Assembly (NCBI RefSeq): GCF_006345805.1
Contig: NC_043004.1
Location: 2,790,001-2,854,000 of the forward strand
Direction of reading: 5' to 3'
DNA from: Octopus sinensis
Lineage: Eukaryota
DNA length: 64,000 bases
Each line of letters opens with the position of its first letter. Positions within the stretch are counted from its first letter, which is position 1. The position numbers were made by a program, and so were the translations under genes. Below, one piece after another: positions 52,638 through 64,000 of this stretch. The notes under the pieces are model-generated. The model was not told the DNA's origin. It saw only the letters and a list, made by a program, of their open reading frames with translations, and ran no database searches.

Positions 52638-52640
<3 letters not shown>
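50629..52640 (+). pseudogene. LINE ORF2 (APE endonuclease + reverse transcriptase), disrupted
   Basis: NIGGL, LVETHL, GDFN, SDHN; YRPISLTS, YLDFAKAFDKVDH, GVPQGTVLGP. The QHGFR block is deleted and there are frameshifts. Confidence 0.9.
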
Positions 52641-52699
<59 letters not shown>

Positions 52700-52718
<19 letters not shown>

Positions 52719-55670
52719 AAACTTAGATAAAACTTAGATATGTTTCGACCAGAGATTGGTCCAGGCCATGTCTAACTTAATAGCACCACCTGATAGTTTT
52801 GTTCAAGTACTGAGTTCTTGTTGGGTGAGTTGTATCCAATTATGGGTGGCTTATCTGGTATTCTTTGAAGGAATCTATCCAGACTCTGTTTGAAGTTGAT
52901 GGGATCCTTTTCCTCTTTGATCTCCCTCGGGACAATGTTAAATAGGGCAGGGCCTGTTGAGGAAAAGAAATTATGTTGCAGTGTACATGTATGTTGTGAT
53001 CTTGAATTTGGCAGGGGACGTATAGCCCGTGGTCCAAGTCTCGGATGAACCTTGAAGCTAATGTTTAGGTCGTTTAGGCAAAGTTGGCGGTATATTTTCC
53101 ACATCGTACAAATGATGTACCGCTCACGGCGACGCTGGAGGGAGTAAAGTTTCAAGGCTTTAAGGCGATCCCAATAATCGAGAGCAGCCATGCCTTCATT
53201 TGTTTAGTGAGAGCCCTCTGGGGTGACTCAATTCTGGAGATGTTTTGTCTTGTGTGAGGAGACCACAGTGGGCAGCAGTATTCAAGGTGTGGCCGTACAA
53301 AGGATGAAAAAGTGGTATGATGACACCTTGTTCTCTGGACCGGAAAGTTCTTAAGATCCAGGAACTCATCCTACGAGCTGTATCGACCTTCTTGTTGATG
53401 TGTGCACTCCAACTGAGATCGTCGTCAACAATTACACCCAGGTCTCTGATATTGTTAGAGGCTGTGAGCGGTTTCCCTGAAGGAAGAGAGTATGGTTGTT
53501 TTAGTGAGGAATTTCTTCCAAAATGCATCAGCTCAAATTTTCCCTCATTCAGTTGCATTTTGTTTCTGTCTGCCCATTGACTCACAGCATATAGGTCAGA
53601 CTGGAGTTGAGTTCGGTCTGCTTCTTCATTGACGATTTGCTGGAGCTTAGTGTCATCAGCGAATATTTTCACTTTGCAGTGATGTACGACACTGGAAAGG
53701 TCGTTTACATAAATTATGAAGAGTAGCGGACCCAAAACAGTTCCCTGGGGAACACCGCTGGTGACTTTTGCTGGGTTTGAGTGGACTCCATCAACTACAA
53801 CATGTTGTGTTCTATTCGCTAGGAAATACTGAATCCAGTGTAGAACTTTTACACGGATTCCAACATTTGCCAATTTCGAGAGTAGGATGTTATGGTCTAC
53901 CCTGTCGAACGCTTTACTGAAGTCAAGGTATATGACGTCAGAGTTCGAACCTGTTCCCAAGGCTTTGAGTACATCTTCAATGTGGTGTAACAGCTGTGTT
54001 AGACAGTCCCTGCCACAGCGAAAGCCATGCTGATTTGAATTTAGGAGTTTGTGGGTCTCCAGGAAGTCAGCTATCCTTGATCTTAACACTCTTTCAAACA
54101 CTTTAATGATGTGGGAGGTGAGTGAGATTGGGCGATAGTTGACTGCGAGGGATCTGTTTCCCTGTTTGAAAACCGGGATGACCGACTGGGATAGAAACTT
54201 TTTCGGTATATAACCTGCGTCTAACGAGTTTCTCCAGAGGTTGGTCAGAGGGACTGCAAGTTGATATCTACATTCCTTCAGGAGACTGGCGGGAAATCTA
54301 TCAGGGCCTACAGCAGAGTAATGTTTGACCTCATTTATTGCTGCTACGATGTCGGTGGCAGTGAAGGTTATGTCTGCGATTTTGGTGGCAGTGAAGGTTA
54401 TGTCTGCGATTTTGTGTTGGGAGTCAGCTTCGTTCGTTTCCCTCACATCAATATCAGTGGGAACACTGAAGACAGAGCAATATTGTTTCTGCAGTATTTC
54501 TGCCATTTATTTAGCATCGTGTTGGGGAATGCCGTTTTCATCAATCAATGGCCCAATAGGTGAGACAGTGGTTCTATGCTTATTTGCATAAGAATAGAAC
54601 ACTTTTGGGTTCTGTTTGATGTTTTTGATTACCCATTGTTCCTCCACAGCTCTTTGATTTTCAATGGAGGTTTTCATGTTAGTCTGCAGATGAAGTTTTT
54701 CCAGCTCTAGTCTTTTCATTGTTGTTGAATGTGGATGTTGCATGTGGGAATATTTTAATTGGTTGATTTTTTTGTTGAGTCTTTTGATGCGCCTGATGAG
54801 TGTTTTTTTTCTTTTTAGGGAGCCGGTTTCTGTTTGTGTTAGTAGATTTCTTGGGAGCGTGTTTAGAGCATGTGTCGGTAACAATGGTTTCAAAGTGCTG
54901 CCACGCGGTCTCAATATGAGGGGAATTGAGAGTAAAAGACCAGTCGATGGAAGACAGATCCTTTCTGATTGTTCCCCAGTCCGCTTTGTGGAAATTTATG
55001 TTGTCAAATGGGTGCCATGGAGTGGGATTGGCTGGTTTGGTTTTTATACGTCGGGAATTAAGATTGCAGAGTACCATGTCGTGGTCTGAGAGGAGAGTTT
55101 TTTCGACTGAAATGCTGTGAACGTAGCTAGAGTGATTGGTCAGTACCAGATCCAAGATTGTTTTATTCTGTCTCGTTGGTTCAAGCACTAACTGAGTCAG
55201 GAAATACTCATCCATCAGATTAAAGAGCAGTTCTGCTGCTGCCCTATCTGATGTAGAGCACTTGCCTAACTTCGGAGTATTTGTGGGCCAGTTCACATGA
55301 GGGAGGTTAAAATCACCCATCACTATTATGTTTCCGGAGTGGTACTTCCGAAGGAAGGACTTGACTTTGCTAAGGCACTCTTCAAAGTACTTTAGAGGTG
55401 CCTGGGGAGGCCTGTAAAGACCAACAATGGTTATGTCCTTGGCTTTGTTGTATACTGATACCGATTCACAGTAGCCATTGGAAAATGTGTCCTTGGCATC
55501 AAGTGAAAAGGAGTCATGGATAAAGATGGCTGTCCCTCCCTTATTTCGGTCTGTGCGATCCGCACGAACAATGGTGAAATCTTTTATTTTCACCTCTGCG
55601 TCCATATGGGTGTTGTTCAGGTGAGTCTCGGTAAGGATAAAGAAAGGGAAGCAAGGAAGCAATGTGCCAT
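52700..55670 (-). mobile_element. Second CR1-group LINE, 5'-truncated, near-complete ORF2, flanked by (TA)n
   Basis: ILTETHL, GDFN, SDHD; YRPISLTS, QHGFR, LDFSKAFD, GVPQGTVLGP, FADD. One nonsense codon (54507-54509) and a few frameshifts. 3' hairpin gacc-aatctct-ggtc and a short atctaagttt tail repeat. Confidence 0.92.
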
Positions 55671-55695
55671 ATATATATATATATATAAATAAATT

Positions 55696-55748
<53 letters not shown>

Positions 55749-55852
55749 TTATATATATATATAAATTTATATTATATTAATATAATATTTTATTCCCTAA
55801 TATTTTATGATGTATAAATTTATATATATATATATATATATATAAAAATTAT

Positions 55853-55894
<42 letters not shown>

Positions 55895-55897
55895 ATA

Positions 55898-57395
<1,498 letters not shown>

Positions 57396-57750
57396 TGTAT
57401 ATATATATATATACACTATATATATACAAATAAAATTAACAAACATTTTAACCACTCCGTCTATGATCATGAAAAATATTGTCGGCAACATTAAAAGGAG
57501 AAAAACGCCCACCAACCCGCAACCCCACACTCAACGATCATTTAACCGTGCGACCCATTAGAACAATGACGGGCGCATTAGTGCATTAAATGAGGGTTAA
57601 TTACACCAGCTTTTGAGATGAGGGGGTAAAAAAGCCATTAACAGGTGGAGAGATCTTTTAACTTAGGGACTGGAAAGGTGCGATGCTGTGTTCATGCCTT
57701 TCACAAGACTGGCATGAGCAATAGCAAAGAGCTTATTGACTTTGTCATGG

Positions 57751-57792
<42 letters not shown>

Positions 57793-58229
57793 CACACACA
57801 CACACCACACACACACACACGGACACACACACACACGAACACACGTGCCGACGCGCATACACACATACACGTATGTATGTGTGATTATGAGACAGTTGTC
57901 GTTCTGTGTATATATAGCTCCAGAAATATCTTTCTCTTTGTATGAATCATAATCGAATCGGATATGTAAGTTGACATTAATACTACAAATAATAAGAGAA
58001 GTTACCTATTTAGCAATTGATGCTGTCAGTGTTACTGCTTCTGATTTTGCTGCTGCCGTCGCTGCTGCTGCCGTCGCTGCTGCTGCTGTCTTTGACGAAT
58101 ACGACGGAGGTGGTGGCGGTAGCCATGGGAATAATGATGAACTAGCATCCAATAAGCCTCTAAGTTGTTTTCCCTCTTTAAAAATACGACTATCCTCCTA
58201 CTTTTCATACATGTATGCCTGTATGTGTG

Positions 58230-58235
58230 TGTTCT

Positions 58236-58277
<42 letters not shown>

Positions 58278-58533
58278 CACATACAATATATACATACATA
58301 TACACATACATATACACATACATATACATACACATACATACACACATATAAATATATATATATACATATATAAACACAGATGCATAGGTACATACGTACA
58401 CGCATACATACAAATATACATACATATACATATACATACACACATAAATATATATATATATAAATATATATATATACACATGCATAGATACATACACGCA
58501 TACATACAAATATACATACATATACATATACAT

Positions 58534-58584
<51 letters not shown>

Positions 58585-58709
58585 CATATATATATATACA
58601 CACATGCATAGATACATACATACACGCATACATACAAATATACATAAATATACATATACATACACACATATAAATATATATATAGATATACATATATATA
58701 TACATATAC

Positions 58710-58747
<38 letters not shown>

Positions 58748-58850
58748 ATACATATACACACACACATATATATATATATACACAGACACATGCATAGATA
58801 CATACATACATGTATACATACATATCTCTATATATACCATACATGCATAT
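58230..58850. repeat. (TACA)/(TA)/(CA) compound microsatellite
   Basis: Directly visible; source of several spurious ORFs. Confidence 0.95.
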
Positions 58851-61002
58851 ACTATTATTTTTAGTATTAGCAGCATAGTTTCAGCGCGAAAACTGTACCA
58901 GTCAGTATCGATCCTCGAGTTTGGTAGGTTTTTGCCGTAAAACGAATGCCGACCTTAAGATGTAACTAACATCAAAGTCTACAGAACGTATCATTCCATC
59001 ACATTTATTGGTGATTTATGTTGCATGACATCTATAATAATAACATTTTACAGTTGAACATCTATCGCTGCAATCTCCTGTTACGGCTCAGATCAAACAA
59101 GATTAGCCAGTCTCCTGTATCAACATGAAAACGGACCATTTCATTCGGTAACTATGATAGAGCTAACATTCGCTTTATCTCTCAGTCTTTCTATTCTTCA
59201 GACCCACCTTTCACAATAAATGAAACGGAAAGAAGTAAGTTTTCTTTTTTTCTTTATTATTTCATTGTTATTTTTTTATTTGTTGTTATTTTTTTTAAAC
59301 AAAATGTTTCTTGTAAATCGCCGAGATAGCAAATTATATAATTACACGAATCAGTTGGGCAAGTGGAAGTGTATATAATATTTTCTTCGATGCTGACCTC
59401 GTCGTTCTTGAGAATAGTTTTTGTTTGAAGCGAACCACTAATCTGTCGTTCACGAACTATGCATATAATATCGATTTTCACCATAGGCAAAATATCATAC
59501 ACGTTTGGTGGCAGCAAGGTCAGAATTGATTAACAATGAACCCCAGTTTATGAGTGGTACCTTATTGTAGTCAACCGCCGGAAGTATGAAGAATAGCATT
59601 GACTTCGGCGATATTTGAACTCAACATCATTATAGTCGTTACTCTAGCATTATGCTTGACACTGTGGCGCATAATCTCGGAATTTGGTTTTGCATTCGTA
59701 AATTTTATTCAAATAGAATAATTTCTGATCCCGAGTAAGTTTTGTCGTGTTTATCTAACGCAACTTAACAAGACCATTGTCTCCTCTGAAATGGTGTCTT
59801 CATTTTGTTTCTTTCGTTCTAAAATAGCACAAAAGTTAATTTAAGAGACAAAGCTAATTTCATTTTGAAATTGTTATTATTTTACTAAAACAAATAAAAA
59901 AAGCAATAAAATAATCCGTAATTAATGTTCATTGATAATCACTATGTATAAACTTTTCAACACACTTTTAGTTTTAATTTGCTAATAATAAAGCAAAATT
60001 TCTCAGGTACAATAAAGTGACGGCTTTACCCTTGTTATTTACTTGGGTTTTTTTTTAGGTCAATCTGTATTTGTTAGACAATATTTACTGGAAAATTCTG
60101 TTTGACCGCTGCACTCTTATTCTGTCCACGAACAATAACTAAAAAAAAAGGCATCTTTATACGAGTGGAAGTAAGTCCCGTGTCAGCCAACAGATGTAAA
60201 AATCTCCAAGTCGTGACGAACGTAAAGATCACCAAATTGTCGATATTCGTTGAAGCTTGTTTGTTTGTTTATTTACTTATTATTTGACATATTTGTTTTC
60301 ATTTGGTTTCATGTTTTCTTTAAAGTCAAATGCTATCTTTCTTCCTCTTGTGTATTCTACTCACACAGATTGTGTACACCTGGCCACGAGAAACAGATGT
60401 GTTTGTCTTCAGGAAACAACCAGGTACTGCAAAGTGAAGTTTGTTTCACAAAGTCAAGACGACATCGACGTTACAGCATTATCGTTGTGAAAAGTTCACG
60501 TAAAATATACTAAGAGTACAACAACAAAACAGGAGCCCTTAGAAAGCCAAGTTCACAGAACGGTTTCAATTCTACATTGGAACAAATACTCTTCTCTTAC
60601 AATTTGGTATATGTTGTGGCAAGCTGTGAGAGAAGTGTAATTGCGTTCCACCAAAATGAAACCCATAGGTTATATTCATTTAATATGAAGTTTCTTCATC
60701 TGGGCTAACAGTTTATGCATGTACTCGGTGACAGGATTTAGAAAGCTGAGATAGGCGTAATCTATTCCAGATTGAACTTATTTCACATTAATATATTTCA
60801 TTGATTCTTCCGAAAAGAGAAGAGGACTCGGTAACTGTAATCAGCCTGGGGGGAAGATTGTGTTTTGAAGTTGGGAGCATAAATTTCTGCAGGCTGGGTT
60901 TTGTATGAAACTATTTATTATTGTATGCATTTGTAACTCTTGAGTATAGGAAAATTATCGAATATTTTACGGTATTCGGTTTTTTAAGCCAATAAAATTC
61001 CT

Positions 61003-61234
61003 AAAGTGATAGTATGTTGTCAACTTTATGTGATGCTGGCTTTGCTGGGTGGAAGTGCTTATCTCCTCTTTGAAAACATAAAGACACAGGAAATGTGTCA
61101 GGGCCAACAGGAAACAGTGTTTCCTAGGTTTAAATAGCAGTAGCATTCTTCCCTTTCATGGGACTGTCACATTAAGTTGACAGCATACCATCACTTTATC
61201 GTGCTGCTACTGTATAAATCTCTCTGAGAGATTT
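61003..61234 (+). mobile_element. Third copy of fold-back family F
   Basis: A short inverted piece aaagtgatagtatgttgtcaac, then the sense repeat ending in the palindrome aaatctctctgagagattt. No hammerhead is retained. Confidence 0.8.
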
Positions 61235-63763
61235 TAAAATGTATTATTTCTATCAATTTCCTGTTTAGGACAAACGTTTATCACATGTTCTACCAACAAA
61301 CTTCGGATCTGAACTCTGTTCTATAGATTACCAAATCACTCATTCCATTTTAGTGCTACTTATTTACAGCTTAGATAATCTGGGATATTGCGAGCTACAT
61401 TATGTTGCAGGGGCTTATCTCGCAGACGTGAACAGTCGATGCGTCTAAGTGCCAACTTCACATCCTGCTGACTATGTCAGTATTTCTCCCAAAGGAATTC
61501 TGTGACGACTGAAAAGGTCTGACAAAATGTCATGTGTAATAAACTTGACATGAGTTTAAATTTTTGACAGTTGCCCAACACAGTGGCGGAAAACGAACTG
61601 TGTGGATGCAAACTCTATTCTCTATTTTCATAAATGAAAGAGGTGACATCCAAATACTTTATGAATATTTTCTGGTAGACAGGAGAAGAGCTGGTAATTG
61701 TCTGTTTAGAAGCCACTGGACTGTATCAGTAATGGCTCACAATATACATGTAAAAAAAGAGAATGTTGACGTATACATTTACAAAATCGATCAGTAGTGA
61801 AGCTATGTGTTTAAAGTTAGATGGCGTTGAACGTTGATGGATGCCTCGAAGAGAAGACCGTCAAACTACAACACTCTGCCTTTCGGTCAGATTTTTCTTA
61901 ATTTTCTCTAGATTTAATTTCCGTGGATACTTTTGTTTTTCAGTCCCCAGTCGAACAGATTTTTGGGCAATGGCACTTTAGATATGAGTATCCCGTCTTT
62001 TACTTGCGCCACAATTCATTTGCTACTTCGGCAGTTTTCAATCTCAAATTCTTCCCACAACTCCAGGATGCATCAAACCAGTCTTTATTTTGGTAGGGAT
62101 GGCTATAAGTGGAAGAGAGAACTTCTTTCTTTAATAAGATTAGATTAGAACGAAGAATACCACAAGCTGTACATTATTAGAGATAAGTAGAATGACCAAT
62201 TGTATGTTCTTACTAAGTGGTATGTCTTCTAAAAAGAAAGTTGGGGCTAGAAAGGAAGTGTCTGTCAGAATGCATGTTTAAAAAAAGATGGATGCATGTC
62301 GCAAGAATGCTGGGTATGAAAGGCCCTGCGTGAACACGCTATAAGGACTACCATAAAGTGTCAGCTAATAAGACAAGGCTCGTGGGGTCGGCAAACCTGT
62401 CCGTTTAGCTTCATGGGTCCCTTTGTGTTTGTTGCGTAAATTGTATTACATCCATTATTCATTTTATTCGTGTAACCATCCGTTTAACATGACTCCAGAT
62501 CATCTGTTTAACATGACTCCAGATCATCGTGTAACCATCCGTTTAACATGACTCCCCATCTCTGTACGCCTTTTATAGGTAATAAAGAAACAACTAAGTG
62601 GCGTGTCTGCTTGGAAATACGTCTTCTGCCCAGATGAGAATAAACTGACTGAATGTTGACGAAGTCTTTTCTGAAATTACAGATTAATAGTTTGAGGTGT
62701 TTTAAGTTAAATGCGGTGTACGCAATTAAAGGCAGACGCAGTTGAAAGATGGTTAATTGCGCCTTTTGATGAAAGTTATGTTTTTGTAGCTATTTCTAGA
62801 TAAAAGGATTGATCTGGTAAAAGTCTTGACCACGGTCAGAGCATAGCTTCGATGACAATATACGAACTCCCGACCGCTTGATCGATTGTTTCTATCTATG
62901 AAATACAGTCGTGCAACTTGTAAGTGCGATATTCGTTATTCTGATTAGAATTGATTACATTAAGTGTGAGATGTTGGCATTTTTAGAAGTCCATGAAAGC
63001 TATGATGTAAAAAATTTGCACCGAGCAGGTATTTTTGCATTGTTCTACAGCTACAGAGAAAAGACTTAAAGTAATTTATGAAGAAGAACTTCAGCACGTG
63101 ATATATTCAAAAACAAGAAATTCTCGCTACCGAGAAGACGGTGTTTAATTACGTGAAATCTCAGCCCTTTAAAGAAATTTTCCCTTTTGTCGTTGTATCC
63201 GGATTTCCCAAAGAAATTTATATGCCAACATTGGCTAAATATTCAACATATCATTGAAACAATTTAGTGAAACTATAAAAAATTAATGTTGACAAGAGCA
63301 AACTACGCTGAAACAACATAAAAAAGTCAGTAAAAAAGGTTACTCATTACCAGCAGTACATTAGAGTGACAACAAAAGGAATATGCTAGGACAGTGTTCA
63401 AATCAAGAATGTAATGATATACTCATGGGTTGTTCGTCTAAAGCTTTATTTATCTCTTTACTCACAGTTGTATTTTCCCTTAAGTATTTACTATAGAACC
63501 TATTTATGTTTTCCAGAAAGAAGTATGACAACTCGGAAGAAAATTGAAAAATAAGTAAGGGAATGAAGAGAAATGAAGAAGAAGAACAACAACAACAAAA
63601 AACGTAGAATATCTGGAGAAAAGTAGAAAACTGTAAAAACTGATTGAAAACAAAAACAGTCTCCAAAGGAAGAATGTGGAGCGCAAAAGATATTTTTCAA
63701 ACCTGAAGCACCTGTGAATATATCAGTTGATGTGAATCATATAGAGATGCTCAACTCTTTCTC

Positions 63764-63829
<66 letters not shown>

Positions 63830-64000
63830 TCTCTCCTTTGTAAAATTAATATCTCTTGGGTATGATAAATCATTTCTATGCCAGTTTCGATGCATCCATA
63901 GCTCTCTATCCCAGCAAATTGCTAACATATTCAATATGCTGTGTTATTTTTGACATATTTATCATAAATACACCAAAATTATTTAATAACAAATAGAGGC

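Larger units (their letters stand above)
49072..52640 (+). mobile_element. CR1-group LINE (ORF1 and ORF2), 3'-truncated and disrupted
   Basis: CT-rich leader 49072-49600, ORF1 with a CCCH finger, ORF2 with APE and RT. Ends at YAED followed by (TA)n. Confidence 0.9.

Noticed and set aside
52720-52775. GACC/GGTC hairpin followed by GAAAC at the LINE 3' end, read as a hammerhead
   Set aside because: No CUGANGA upstream and no helix I. It is better explained as the 3' stem-loop typical of CR1/L2-group LINEs.
62465-62560. Short interleaved direct repeats (gtgtaaccatccgtttaacatgactcc)
   Set aside because: Only two or three units, consistent with local slippage, with no further structure.

Overview
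AT-rich eukaryotic DNA, almost certainly non-coding (intergenic or intronic). The SINE families and the dense (TA)n/(TACA)n/(TAA)n/(TAGA)n arrays resemble, from recall, an Octopus-type cephalopod genome; this is inference. No host protein-coding gene can be supported, and most ORF-track entries are microsatellite artefacts. The window is a transposon graveyard: four tRNA-derived SINE families (>25 copies), R4/Dong-type restriction-like-endonuclease LINEs in (TAA)n, two convergent CR1-group LINEs, RTE fragments, a full-length DD37D (maT) transposon, a Chapaev3-like transposon, a candidate Helitron, a 42-bp minisatellite and Penelope-like elements (PLEs). The main result is a set of at least five sequence-unrelated minimal type-I hammerhead ribozyme motifs (4961-5006, 12305-12342, 34126-34217 plus an older copy near 29.8 kb, 35262-35364, 39166-39206). 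Each has a self-complementary helix III. Two sit at the ends of recognisable PLE ORFs; the rest sit in short ORF-less fold-back elements that look like MITEs, including a perfect 158-bp double-hammerhead palindrome. One PLE family also carries a tRNA-like Pol III cassette in its terminal repeat. The PLE-hammerhead link is established. These particular families, core variants and architectures may be undescribed, but that needs database searches and cleavage assays I cannot run.
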